A stretch of DNA of 63,591 nucleotides, counting the filler, from Octopus bimaculoides (lineage: Eukaryota), in NCBI RefSeq assembly GCF_001194135.2. It is 6 parts of 6 records of this genome, joined end to end, with 100 filler letters (N's around TTAATTAATTAA, not from the genome) between each part and the next. Parts side by side here need not be neighbours in the genome. Positions count along the whole stretch, not along the records: positions 49,112 to 60,551 come from NC_068987.1; positions 60,652 to 62,478 come from NW_026343548.1; positions 62,579 to 63,591 come from NC_069010.1; 3 more parts are not named here. One strand, 5' to 3'. A program made the translations under genes and the position numbers. Of the stretch, positions 50,395 through 63,591 are shown piece after piece. The first letter of the stretch is position 1. Each line of letters starts with the position of its first letter. Below the pieces are notes generated by a model. The model saw only the letters and a program-made list of their open reading frames with translations. It was not told the DNA's origin and ran no database searches.

Positions 50395-52243
50395 CCGTCT
50401 CCCTTGAAGTGGAACGACAATAACACTATGTGACCCGCTTGTTCAATAGCAGCCCAGTTTCTGGTAGTCATCTTGGTCTACCTGAACCTCTTTCCAACAA
50501 CAACCTTGGACACCTATTTGTATTCCATATGTCAAACAATCGTGGACATACTCATAAAATCAAAAACACAACACACCATCCATGACTTTCGGAAACATTT
50601 TTTCACGCTCAGGTTTTTGAAGCATGGAATAAACTACCCGCATCAGTCGTTAGCTGTCAAGACACTACGTTCTTCAAAACTTCCATGCTTCCTGAAATCT
50701 GCTAACAATACACCTGATCATGTTTTTATTATTAGTATTATTTTGGTTGGTGCGAAATGTTTACCATGCTTGTTTTGAGCGTTGGTGCTTATTGTGGAAC
50801 AACATGTTACCGTTGTATAATGTACAACTTAAAACCGGAGATTTTGTTCTATTGAATTTCCCTAGTGATTTTATTGTTATTAATATTTTAGATTGTCTAA
50901 TAAAAGATGGCAAACATCAAAGCGATGTGATTGTAGGAGGTCAAAATGTAATGCAAAGCAGAAATTTTTCGCAGTATCAACTGTGTGTTTGCCTACGAGT
51001 CACTAATGAATTAAAGAACTCAGTACTGGTTAAAAAAAAATATTCATAGTGCAGACGACTTATTCGAATTATTGCGACTGACAACGGGGGAGTGAGGACA
51101 AATATTGAAGCAGATACACGCAAAACAATTTAAGATGTTTGGTATTTAATAATTGCCTAATATTTCCACCATGTTGGAAGGTCAAAGAAGCTCAAGAAAT
51201 GGGTAGTATATAAACTGAACAAAAATGCTAAAAATAATAATAATAAACGTCACTGCGGAGTTTCCTCTACAGTTTTTTTTTTTGCACATGATCTTTCTAT
51301 GACATGGAAGTGAAAATGGATGACTGACAGCTGACGGCTTTACTTGCGGTAGAGAGATCGAACTAATGTACGGAATCAATTTAACTGAAGTTACATAAGG
51401 TTATTGCTTGGCAGGTAGGAAGTAAAATCCTCTAGACGTATTTCTCAGATCTTGGCGAAATCATCACACCAATAAAGTATTGTCAGGTAAAAGACCAATT
51501 GCAACAAGTAATGTTAAGTCCACGTTTGACTTTCATCAATTGAAAGAATCATTTCTTCTGTATGACAGCAACCAACCATTTATCACAGTTAAACATATGT
51601 GTAGCTTCCTCAATGGCCTTTAGTATCAAGAATGCAGCAGCACGAATGTATTTAGAGAATTCGTCTGTTGCGTAACTACTGGAATAAATAGACTTGTTTA
51701 GCGCTTGTTAAAATGTGTAGGTTGTAACAGTTATTTTTTAGATAATCAAAATTTATTGTGTAGTGAAATTTATTGCTTTAAATTTGATGGATAATAACCA
51801 CAATTACTTTTGAACGCACCCGATATTTGATTATTATGTGAGCTACATAATGCATATATATATATTGCCTCTCGATATACACGTAGAATTTGCTCTTCTC
51901 AGTAAAACAAACGAAACAATTGTATAGATTGTTTAAGAAATTTGGCTGTTATGGAAAAGAGAAAAAAGCAAACAAAACAAACAAAAGATTTTCTGCTAAA
52001 AGGAATAAAAATATATCGAAGTATTTATTCATTGGAAACAAAATGGGCAATTTAGAAATATGTAAGGGTTCCATATTAAGAATGGGTTTAATTCTATCTA
52101 GAAAGAAACTCAAGAATGTCTCTTCTTTTCTTTTTATCTATAACGACAATTGCTTAGCTTCCAGTTAGGTTCCAGAGGAAAAGCAAATATCGATTAACGG
52201 CCATTTCTTCTCGTATCCAAATCCAAATGTATCTTAAGTGGTA

Positions 52244-52274
<31 letters not shown>

Positions 52275-52685
52275 TTACATACATATGTGTGCGTGTGTGA
52301 TTATGTATGTACGTATATTTATATAAGTATATTTCATATATATATAGATATATAGAGATACACACACACACACACACACATATTTATATATGTTTATACG
52401 TACGTGCATACGCACATGTATTTTACTACATATCGTGATTTTACTTTCTTGCATACGACAGTCTTTCATTATTTAATTTAAACTTTTTCTCTCTTGATTA
52501 GTACCCTATATTTTGCAGCGAGATCTCTTAAGTGTTATTTCGAATCTACTGAATAATTTTTATTTTTGTTTTAATTTCATTGATGGAAGCTTGATATATT
52601 GATAGACAGATACAAGAACATATATATAATTTCTTTATATTATCATGCTGCAGAACCATTTCTATCAATTTCACCTGAATAACCT

Positions 52686-52730
<45 letters not shown>

Positions 52731-52740
52731 NNNNNNNNNN

Positions 52741-52791
<51 letters not shown>

Positions 52792-53922
52792 CTGTTACGC
52801 AAACCTTAACACATTTTTTCTTACAAAGCAACTAATGTTTAGCTTTCATATTTTCGTACTCCGTTTTCATGCGTATATTCCAATAAACATAGCTTTTATA
52901 GTCCGTTATGATTTAAATGTTACATCAGCTTATCTTTATTTGTGATATTTAGGATTTCTTCCATATCTTCAACTTTCTGCTATTCTTTGTATATCTCGTT
53001 GCATATCATATATATGAAATCCAACATTGATTTCGCTCATTGGCGCAAAACTATCCGTTTTTAAGCAAGTGATATAATCCATTGAATTGTAGTAAGTACA
53101 CTACCGGGATTTCACTTTCACTCTAACATATAACATTAATCCTGTAATATTTCTTTTTAAAATTCTTGTTGAGCTGCATGTCATTTCAGATCGAGAAAAA
53201 CGCTGATCGAAAGTTTTCTAACGCTGATCGTTCTTCCCGTTTGCTCATACATAGTGTATGTATTGCATATTTCTTTGTAAAACGGTACTCTGTATTATTT
53301 GAGGCGATTTGGTTTCTATTTCTTACTGGAAAACGATCTGGTAGAGTCCTTTATCTTTGGTGCACATAGGTAATATATCTGGAAGTACGAATCTATGATT
53401 AGACATTGGCGCTCGACCGACCACTAAAATGGTTGATCTACGGCAACAGCATCAATATATGGAATTTAATGTAGGGTGAGCCAACGCAACGACATCTACA
53501 CTATCGTCTGACCTGCCTGATAAGAACACTTTCAAATTAACGCTATGAAACCTTGAATAGAAAAACATATCGTCTTTCTTTACCTCAGTACATGAGACCT
53601 GATACTAAATGCTTGTAATAATATGAACTTTGCAATAGCCACTCAAGGATCAGGCGAGGGATTAAGCCAATCAATCAGTTCTATGAACCTACCCCTCCAC
53701 GGTTGACTTTCACTGAGCTTCTGTCAACCAAATTTGAATCTTAAACATTGGTTCCCTCCAATTTATTTTAGAAAAAACCTTGCCAGGAAATAAGATTCTG
53801 CGAAACAAATTTCCTAAACGTACAGTTAAGTATTTGATAGACCACCTAGCTAGAAATAGGTATTAGCTGTCTTCATATTGATACTGTGTTAAAAAAGAAC
53901 ACTTTAGATAATATAATCCTCA

Positions 53923-54152
53923 GGCGCAGGAGTCGCTGTGTGGTAAGTAGCTTGCTTACCAACCACATGGTTCCGGGTTCAGTCCCACTATTTGGCACCT
54001 TGGGCAAGTGTCTTCTACTATAGCCTCCGGTTGACCAAAGCTTTNNNNNNNNNNTATTTGGCACCTTGGGCAAGTGTCTTCTACTATAGCCTCCGGTTGA
54101 CCAAAGCTTTGTGAGTGGATTTTGGTAGACGGAAACTGAAAGAAGCCCGTCG

Positions 54153-54185
<33 letters not shown>

Positions 54186-54412
54186 ATGTTTGTTTGTGTG
54201 CCTGTGTTTGTCCCCCCAACATCGCTTGATAACAAATACTGGTGTGTTTACGTCCCCGTAACTCAGCGGTTCGGCAAAAGAGACCGATAGAATAAGTACT
54301 AGGCTTACAAAGAGTAAGTCCTGGGGTCGATTTACTCGACTAAAGGCGGTGCTCCAGCATGGCGACAGTCAAATGACTGAAACAAGTAAAAGAGTAAAGA
54401 GTAAAGAGAATA
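53923..54412 (+). mobile_element. Near-complete SINE family A (tRNA head, CORE-like domain, internal microsatellite, structured 3' half)
   Basis: ggcgcaggagtcgctgtgtggtaag...GGTTCAGTCCC...ccttgggcaagtgtctt...(TA)n...gactgaaacaagtaaaagag. Contains an assembly-overlap duplication at the 10-N gap. Confidence 0.9.
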
Positions 54413-56609
54413 AGATTTTGTATTCCGTATCAGAAAATATTTCTGAATAATTAATGTTGGGGGATTAGATATGTTTAATACTTGGAGAAGCAACATCACC
54501 CCTAAGAATACCACCATCACGACAAACACTACGATGGACGACGACGACGACCACCACCACCACCACCAACAACAACAACAGCAACAACACCATGTCCACC
54601 ATCACCACAACTTTCACAGCCTCAACCACCCCACAAGCCCCGCCGCCGCCGACGACGACGAAGACTAGGGGGCGTCTAAGAGGTAACGTTATGCTAGAAA
54701 TAACAGCAAACCAAACGTTATCACCTAAAAATATACCTGTTGGATAACGTAATTTAGAGATAGACATTGTTTGAAAACCAAGCCAAAAAGTCGAGTGGTC
54801 ATTGCAGGAGCATTACCGATTAAAGAAATTATCAGACATATTAATCGATTTCTTATCTAAAATATGCCAAATCACTGGAAGCCATAATACCGTAAGTAGT
54901 AAGTACAGTTATTTGTACGTATATGTGTGTTTTGTGTGTGCACGTGCGCGTGTATGTGTGTATTAGACTAATGAGTCGCTACCTAATATGTATATCAATA
55001 AAAAACAGCCTTCCGCATTCTGTGAGACAATATCATAGTGTAATATTTTTTTGCACCTATTACTAAAAGGCACAACGTATCTAACCACCTCAGTTCATAG
55101 AATAAAGTCTACTTTATAAGTATTGAACTGAGCTAAATAACAAAAATACAACGCCTCCAGCAAAACAACAATAACAGTATGAGAAAGGATGTGCTTCTAA
55201 TATTTACGTTCGACCATCTACAAAAAAAAAAAAAAATAGCAACATTCCACCCATCTTATTGACGTCAAATAATCAAAGTATAGATTTAATAATATAGCAC
55301 TATATTTTACAAAACACAGCAATGGAATACTTTTTAGTACCCTACGTTTTGAAAAATGTTTGAATGGGTTCCGCAGGAGCGACTTGGATCATAAATCTGC
55401 TGGATATAGACTTATCTATGTGTTAAACATATATATATATATATATATATATATANNNNNNNNNNNNNNNNNNNNNNNNNNNNNNNNNNNNNNNNNNNNN
55501 NNNNNNNNNNNNNNNNNNNNNNNNNNNNNNNNNNNNNNNNNNNNNNNNNNNNNNNNNNNNNNNNNNNNNNNNNNNNNNNNNNNNNNNNNNNNNNNNNNNN
55601 NNNNNNNNNNNNNNNNNNNNNNNNNNNNNNNNNNNNNNNNNNNNNNNNNNNNNNNNNNNNNNNNNNNNNNNNNNNNNNNNNNNNNNNNNNNNNNNNNNNN
55701 NNNNNNNNNNNNNNNNNNNNNNNNNNNNNNNNNNNNNNNNNNNNNNNNNNNNNNNNNNNNNNNNNNNNNNNNNNNNNNNNNNNNNNNNNNNNNNNNNNNN
55801 NNNNNNNNNNNNNNNNNNNNNNNNNNNNNNNNNNNNNNNNNNNNNNNNNNNNNNNNNNNNNNNNNNNNNNNNNNNNNNNNNNNNNNNNNNNNNNNNNNNN
55901 NNNNNNNNNNNNNNNNNNNNNNNNNNNNNNNNNNNNNNNNNNNNNNNNNNNNNNNNNNNNNNNNNNNNNNNNNNNNNNNNNNNNNNNNNNNNNNNNNNNN
56001 NNNNNNNNNNNNNNNNNNNNNNNNNNNNNNNNNNNNNNNNNNNNNNNNNNNNNNNNNNNNNNNNNNNNNNNNNNNNNNNNNNNNNNNNNNNNNNNNNNNN
56101 NNNNNNNNNNNNNNNNNNNNNNNNNNNNNNNNNNNNNNNNNNNNNNNNNNNNNNNNNNNNNNNNNNNNNNNNACAATAATAATAATAATGATGACAATGT
56201 TCTTAATAAATTCACTCTAAAAAACTCTAGCATATACCAATATACACAATTAAAATAAAATTTAATCTTATATCAATTCAGCAAAAAAAAAAATATATAT
56301 CCCTCAGTACTATTACATCTCAATATCCGTAGAACAGAAACCCGTCTTCAATGAAAAAAACACCTATAATAAAATTCTAACTCACACATACGGTAATTCA
56401 TACTACACTTATCTATATTCTAACTATACCTACGCACACTCTAATATATATTTATATATTATACATTAAATATTAAATAAATAAACTGAAAAAATCAGAC
56501 AAACTCATCTTTACGTATGTACTCTACGAATGTAAACAAAACAAAATCGCCTTCACCGGAAGGTTATGAATGGTTATGTGTGGTTATGAATGTGAAAATA
56601 TATATGGAA

Positions 56610-56682
<73 letters not shown>

Positions 56683-57052
56683 AGCATGTTGATGTAAGAT
56701 GAATTCATGCCTGTCAGTGTGTGTGTGTATGTGCATGTATGTACATGTGTGTGCGTGTGTCTGCGTGCGGGAGTTTGCTTGTGTGCGTATGTATGTAATT
56801 ATTTCTGCATTTCAAATTCTCCCAAGCATTTTCCACTTCAACGAGGAGGCTATTTGAAAAATATGCATTTTAAAATGACTCTCCATTCTTAAATTTCCAT
56901 CGAGTATTCCAGAAAAATAGTAAGTCACTCTATATAAAATGCAAGCTCCCCTATTTGAAACTTGAGGTGCTTACCTAATTGTCTGCTGTTTAAGAATAAT
57001 AAAAAATATCTATACTGTATCTTTCATTATTTTTAATCTTTTCATTATGAAA

Positions 57053-57160
57053 AACCTTATCATGTTCACGACATGTGTTGGGCAGCCAAGCTTACGCAAA
57101 ACTATCTGTTGTGCTTGGATGTTGATTGTGTCGAAGGCCATTGTCAAATCCACAAAGTCC
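57053..57160 (-). pseudogene. RTE-clade LINE RT fragment
   Basis: FVDLTMAFDTINIQ...VLRKLGCPTHVVNMIR resembles the RTE motif FVDLTKAFDTV...GCP..F...IR. Confidence 0.7.
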
Positions 57161-57211
57161 TATACCTATTGAGTAAACATAGTCCTTCAAGAATTTTAAT
57201 TAAAAAGTGAA

Positions 57212-58216
57212 GAGTAATGATACATATTAAGCATACGTTGAGTATATATTTAACAGACAACCATAATGATATTATGATATAAAATTTATTGACATAATGA
57301 ATTATTTAGCCACGTGAGAGCCATTTTGACTGATAACTTCACAAGCCCTATTAGTTATAGAATTTGTGAATTTCGTAAAGTAGCAGTTGGACTACCTCTG
57401 CTGTAGCTTTGATAGTCGCCCATATGACATCTTTCGACGTAAGTTCGCCTCCATCGTCATAAACACCTTTTAATGATGGACCAAAGATTATCGATAGGGT
57501 TGAGATTCTAAGATGCTAGCGGCCACACCATCAACCTTTCACCTCGTATGCCGTAAGACCCTAACAGAGTGGGAAGGTGCGTTGTTATGCATGAATACGA
57601 AATTACTTAGACGTGACAGCAATATGTCATCTAGCCAGTGATTCAAGATCTCAATCAGAAGATTGCAGTAGGCAGCTGCGGTCACTTTAACATCTTCACG
57701 CACCCTAACTGGACCAACAAGTCTGTTCCCTATGATATCAGCCCACAACATGACTCCTCCACTCTGTTGTCAACGGCGTAAACGTTGGTGGCCCTCATCT
57801 CCAAAATAGACCCAACCGTTTTCCCAACGGTCAGGTTCGTCAAGAGTCGCCCTGGTTTCAGCAGTGAACAGAACACAACCTTAATCTAACGTCATGTACT
57901 TTTGGGCCCATTGAAGCCTTAAACTCCTGTGAAGAGGAAGTTTCAGGGATTCTCACAATGTAGCCATGGTCCCGAAGATGCGATTTCTGGTGGTTTTCGG
58001 TATATAAGGAAGTCCGGAGACGCTAAAAAGGGCTTGCGGCTAGTATTCCTTAAATCTCTAGCTGTCACTGTCTTGGAGGTTCCACAATCTATTCGTTTCT
58101 TCCTTGGTGCTCATATGGTTAAATAATTCATTATGTCAATAAATGTTATATTATCACGGTTTTCTCCTAAATATATTTTCAATGTATGCTTAATATGTGT
58201 CATTACCCTTAATTTT
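57212..58216 (-). mobile_element. Defective Tc1/Tc3-like (ITm) transposon with long TIRs
   Basis: Inverted repeats 57212-57318 and 58110-58216. Minus-strand remnants: LQWAQKYM, LFTAETRATLDEPDRW (FTDE-type motif), VMLWADII, FMHNNAPSH, WP.AS*NLNPIDNLWSIIK. Confidence 0.85.
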
Positions 58217-58870
58217 CTGAAAATAAAACATGTCTTGATGGACTCTTTTCATTCAAAACTACTAGCGTGGCTAACGCAAAAACTGAATAATCTGAAACAA
58301 AAAAGAAAGGACGTTACACAGAATAATGAAAACTTTAAAATGGTGTTGGCATAGCATGCAAACCAGTTAGGAAACGATCTATGAAAATCGATTCACAGAA
58401 AACCGAGAAATCCCAAATTTTACTCCTAAGCTATTAGAGTGGTTCTAGGTGTACATACATACATACATACAAAAGAGGTAGACCGCAGTGTCGTTCGAAA
58501 TAGAGGAGGAAAACAATGCGCAAAAAGATATGAAACATGAAAATTGGAAGACATTAATATAAAAATGAAACAAAAATGTATTTCCAAACAGATGCAAAGT
58601 AATAGAATGCAAAACAAAACAACTAAAGAGACCAGGCGAACTGGAATATAAAACCCACTTTTTGTTGGACGGAGAGATAGGTGTAAAGAGGAAAATCAGA
58701 GAACGTGTTAAATCTATTTAGAAGAAAAAGAATAATTCATAGGTGAACAGCTTTCTAAGTAGGCTAGTAGATGCGTGGACAGATAATTTCATGAAGATAG
58801 AAAGGCGAGTTAAGATGTCTTAGAGATCTGCATGAAATATACGTGGAAAGAGAGAGGGGGTGAGAATGAA

Positions 58871-58874
<4 letters not shown>

Positions 58875-58954
<80 letters not shown>
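58875..58954. repeat. (AG)n microsatellite
   Basis: Read directly. Confidence 0.98.
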
Positions 58955-58959
<5 letters not shown>

Positions 58960-60187
58960 GAGGGAGATGAAGAGAAATGAGGGTGTCATTGATTTACACA
59001 AAGAAGAGTAGAAAAAGATGTTCCCTAGTCTCTTTCGATGAGCTTGCTGTTGCTACTGTCACTATTGTTTTTGATCTGTGTCAGCCTTGCTTTAAGCCTT
59101 TCTATGATCAAAGATATTTCAGTTTAAAGAACCATCATATATCCAGGTATAGCATATTGATGTACGTTTTCTAAAATGTACTTCCTCTTTTAAGGCAGTA
59201 AGATGAGGCTTGAGGGAGATTTTGTCTGTTATATTTGCCATGTTGAGCAACCATACAGAAGTTCTCGATCACTGATTTCTCGATGTATGGAGCTAAATCG
59301 CAGAAACGTAGACTCTTACTTGTTGCCGACATTTACTGTCTTTTATTTCATTCAGTTAAATCTTCATGTATCAACATCAATGTTATCAGCATATTTGATA
59401 CTATATTGAGTAAACACTGTTGAGGTTTCGTTTCCTTTTTTAAGTGGCTTTAGATACCACAGTACCTACCGTTACTTTGGATCTTGCCATCAGAATACAT
59501 CGAGTTCTTCATTACTCTAAACAAAATTATTACCCTGGAGTACCAACAGAGAGCTTATGACGTATTTTGCCCGGATGGATAATCTGTCACCGTTAATTTG
59601 TGTACGTATCTCTCTCTTTATATATTGTTGTGTATATATACATATACTTATGTATTCATGTGCGCTTGTAGAAACTTAACAGAATAAATGTTAGATTTAC
59701 TTGTTTTCTTTGGGTTCTGCATGTGGCGATTAATATGAAATGATTTCATCAGACATGAAAATATATTTAAACTTCCGATCATTTAAGATGAAACACATTT
59801 TCAGCTTATAGGATTAATATCACGAAACATAGCGAGCTTTGATTTTTAACAAAATAAGGCTTTAGTTTTCTTAAATTTATATTCTTTTTGTCCTGAATCG
59901 CACACCAACTCATAAGTTCGTTCCGGCCTCTCAACCAATGAGCACAATTTGTATATAGTATTGACTGATTTACGTTAAATCAAGCGAAGCCTTCTAATCA
60001 CGTCAGGGTTGCCCGACGAGTTAGAAATACATCCATAAATCCAATGGAGTGTGCTGGGAGCTGTCTATAGTGTTTTAACAACTATCTCTTAAGTGAGAAC
60101 GGCAGCGTAAAGGCTTTGCGAGCTCAAATAAGTCTAAAATACGTTTGAACTAGTCTTAATTGAGCAATCGTGTCACAGCTTCGTGCA

Positions 60188-60231
<44 letters not shown>

Positions 60232-61199
60232 TTTTGGAATTACTACTGATTCATCAAGAAGGGTTAATTTACAAAACTCAACTGGTAAAGGTCTATATGT
60301 TTTGATAATTTATAAATTAATTATGAAATAATCTCACTACAACTTCTTTCTCGGTATCAATCTATCAGTTGGCAATCTGTTGTCTCTTAAATAATCAGAT
60401 GTTTGAATATATTCTGATGTGGTTTAGGAAATCGTGCTAAAAAAAAAAATCAAACGTAAAAGCACCGCTTATCGTCATATTTTTTAAAGACATATGAACA
60501 GTAATATATATACAATAATATATGTATGTATGTATGTATGTATGTTATCAANNNNNNNNNNNNNNNNNNNNNNNNNNNNNNNNNNNNNNNNNNNNTTAAT
60601 TAATTAANNNNNNNNNNNNNNNNNNNNNNNNNNNNNNNNNNNNNNNNNNNNATATGTATATGTATATGCAAACATACAGAGATACAAGCATGCATACACA
60701 CACATGCACACGTACAAGTACATGCATACCCGCATGAGTACAAGCAGACAGACACATGTATCAAATGTTTAAAAGACAGAAAGGAGAGAAAGTGAAATGC
60801 AGTTTATTGCAGAAGAATTATACGTCAGATGTTGGAATATTATGGTCGTGTGGCAGACTGTGATTTCACATTTGACACAGCAACACAAAGAATCTTTCTA
60901 CTGAATGCTACATGATTTTATTATATATTACATATGGATATATATATACATGTGTGTATGCATGTGTATATGTGTGTGAGAAGATAGTGTATACTATATA
61001 AACATATAAAACTAGACATGTGTATATGTGTGTTTGTGTGTGATCATATATATATATGTGTGTGTGTGTGTGTATGTATATATGGATAATATATATATGT
61101 ATATGTATATGCGTGGGTGTGCATATATAGTGTGTGTGGTTGTGTATGTACACATATACACACACGCACACACACACACACACACACACNNNNNNNNNN

Positions 61200-61236
<37 letters not shown>

Positions 61237-61873
61237 CATTTGTATGTATGCATGCGTGTGTGTGTATATATATGTGTACGCATGTATGTGTGTACATATT
61301 GTCTGTGCATACACACACACAAACATGTGTGTGTGTCTGTGTATATGCATGTGTACACGTATATGTACGTGTATGCACATGCATTTATGTGTCTATATGC
61401 ACACAGATATGCATGCACATATGCATATACATGCACATATACATTCTCTCTCTCTCTCACATACATACACACACACATACACGCACATAATGTCCACCAT
61501 TTTCTTTTTCATGCTATCAAAGTTCCAGAAGCTATTCATAATTTCTACAAAAATGATTAAAATAAAATAAAATAAAATAATACGAGAAACAAAAAAATAT
61601 GATACAAAATAAAGAGTAAAAAATGAAAAATGAAAATAAAAATAAAATAAAAATAAAAATCTAAATCTAAATCAATCGATCAATAATNNNNNNNNNNNNN
61701 NNNNNNNNNNNNNNNNTTTTTTTTTTTCTACATTCCGGCTCCAATGAAAAGTAGAAATAAAAGGGAGTGAAATGAAAAGATGAAATCAAAAATTATATTT
61801 CTAATGGTTTGTAGCTTGTTAAGTTTTGTTATTTTGTTGAACGTCTCAGATCTTTTGTTTCTTTTTCTTTTCC

Positions 61874-62478
61874 GTCATCGTCGTTGTCGTTGTCATCATC
61901 ATAATCATTGGCATCATCATTATCATCATTGCCGTTGTCATCATCATCATCATCGTCGTCGTCATCACCGTCAACATCATCATCATCATCACCACCACCA
62001 TCGTCATCGTCGTCGTATATACACCATCATCATCATAATCATCATAGGCATCATTGTTATCATTATTATCATTACCGTTGTCATCATCGTCATCAACATT
62101 ATCATCATCATCATCATCACCATCATCATCGGCGTCATCACCATTATCGTCGTTGTATATACATCATCATCAACAGCATCATTATCAACATTGTCATCAT
62201 CATCATCATCGCTATNNNNNNNNNNTCATCAACAGCATCATTATCAACATTGTCATCATCATCATCATCGCTATCATCATTATTATCACCATCATTATCG
62301 TTATCGTCACTGGATGTTAAACGATGATGATGACCAGCATCATTATTATTGTTGTTGTANNNNNNNNNNTGGATGTTAAACGATGATGATGACCAGCATC
62401 ATTATTATTGTTGTTGTATTCACCATCCACATCATATATTGTCGGTGTCATCATCATCATTGCCGTCATCATCATCAT
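61874..62478. repeat. (CAT/CGT/TAT)n trinucleotide low-complexity tract
   Basis: Read directly; includes overlap duplications at 10-N gaps. Confidence 0.95.
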
Positions 62479-62781
62479 NNNNNNNNNNNNNNNNNNNNNN
62501 NNNNNNNNNNNNNNNNNNNNNNTTAATTAATTAANNNNNNNNNNNNNNNNNNNNNNNNNNNNNNNNNNNNNNNNNNNNCTTATGCCAACGTAGCCCCTAC
62601 CACCACCACCACCACCACCACAACAACCATTAATATAATTCAAATCACACACTAATATATATACATATATATATATATATTAGAGTCTCACACACCACTG
62701 CCGCCGCCGCCCCGCTCATCGCTACTAGAACAAGGTCAACCCTATTAAACAACGGAAAACTTTTCCTTGTCACAACTTCTC

Positions 62782-62830
62782 TGACGTCGTCCACTTAAAA
62801 GAGCCCAGCCCTGCAGATCTTTCTTCTTCT
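62782..62830 (+). promoter_or_regulatory. Candidate Pol II core promoter
   Basis: CRE-like TGACGTC at 62782, TATA-like TTAAAAG at 62795, and a pyrimidine initiator-like tract about 30 nt downstream. Motif reading only. Confidence 0.3.
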
Positions 62831-62865
62831 TTGGTGGACCCAGACCAACCACAACTCCAGCAACC

Positions 62866-62876
62866 ATGAGCAAAAG
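62866..62876 (+). CDS. Candidate first coding exon (ATG AGC AAA AG, phase-2 donor GTGAGG)
   Basis: gcaaccATGAGCAAAAG|gtgagg, preceded by a C/A-rich 5' UTR-like stretch. No second exon is visible in the window. Confidence 0.3.
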
Positions 62877-63184
62877 GTGAGGATCCGATTAGGTCTATTT
62901 AGGGACCATATCATGTATAGCATTTTTACCGCTGGTTTAAGGTGTGGGATCGTTGTTAATCTTAATTAATGGAGTAGTGGTTTCGATTCGTTGCCGGATT
63001 TAAAGTGAAAAAATTAACCCCCAGTCGTGTGTGCGTGCGTGCGTATGTATGTATGTATCTGTTTATGCATGTATATATGTATGTGTGTGTGATTTAATTT
63101 TATTATTTCGCTGTAAAAGCAACACCAGCGACACAAGGACCGACAGCTTGGTGCACAGTACTTCACGAAACTTATCCAAGTTTT

Positions 63185-63350
63185 GTGAAATCCTCTAGCG
63201 TAGCTCGGGTGTGTGCCGCCCTGGGGCAGCCCTTCCGTTTGCCGCCCCCTTATCCCACAAAAACACATTGCCTACAACAGACCCAAAAGTGACATCACTT
63301 TAAAAGTATGGCCCCTACCGGCCTCCCCCAGTTACGCTAGGGGTGAAATC
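63185..63350. mobile_element. 150-bp MITE (63193-63342) with 8-bp TSD GTGAAATC
   Basis: Left end CTCTAGCGTAGCT; reverse complement of right end CCCTAGCGTAACT. GTGAAATC at 63185-63192 and 63343-63350. Confidence 0.8.
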
Positions 63351-63397
63351 CCACCTAAGAAAACCTCGATCGTGCGGCGGTGCTGTCTTAAAGTATG

Positions 63398-63591
63398 GGT
63401 ACACTCAGGACCGGCCCTAGGGCTACTGGTGCCCCGGACAAGCTGAACTTCGGCATGCACCTTGTTGTTGCTCTAGTTGCCAGTACCTTAAGCTGGCCCT
63501 GGGTACACTCAGGACCGGCCCTAGGGTTGCTGGTGCCGCGGACAAGCTGAACTTCGGCATGCACCTTGTTGTTGCTCTAGTTGCCAGTACC
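63398..63591. mobile_element. Tandem dimer of a 96-bp hAT-like MITE with 8-bp TSD GGTACACT
   Basis: TSD 63398-63405, copy 1 63406-63501, TSD 63502-63509, copy 2 from 63510 to the window end. Imperfect TIR CAGGACCGGCCCTAGG / CAGGGCCAGCTTAAGG. Confidence 0.85.

Noticed and set aside
53989-54110. Direct duplications flanking 10-N gaps (also ~62165-62270 and ~62312-62410)
   Set aside because: Exact repeats on both sides of a short gap are typical unmerged contig overlaps.
54471-54668. Poly-D/H/Q ORF resembling a transcription-factor low-complexity region
   Set aside because: Made of trinucleotide repeats, with no domain and no convincing splice context.

Overview
Eukaryotic, AT-rich, microsatellite-saturated draft-assembly DNA with many N gaps and 100-bp TTAATTAATTAA scaffold spacers. 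The SINE families and repeat style suggest an octopus genome (inference; not searched). No host gene is identified with confidence; the best candidate is a promoter plus 11-nt coding first exon near 62.8 kb. The window is mostly mobile-element debris: several tRNA-derived SINE families, Penelope-like element (PLE) pieces (two types of GIY-YIG endonuclease, RT fragments, minimal hammerhead ribozymes), a decayed R4/Dong-like RT-REL LINE, RTE and Tc1 fragments, and several MITEs. The most unusual structures are (1) a 597-bp MITE with perfect 37-bp TIRs and an 8-bp TSD, whose centre is a back-to-back (CCCTAA)n(TTAGGG)n telomere palindrome; (2) a ~2.1-kb AT-rich foldback palindrome; (3) minimal hammerhead motifs with non-canonical cores, in tandem and inverted pairs; and (4) a tandem MITE dimer separated by its own 8-bp TSD. 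Nearly all ORFs in the supplied track are microsatellite or N-gap artefacts. All alignments and counts were done by eye.
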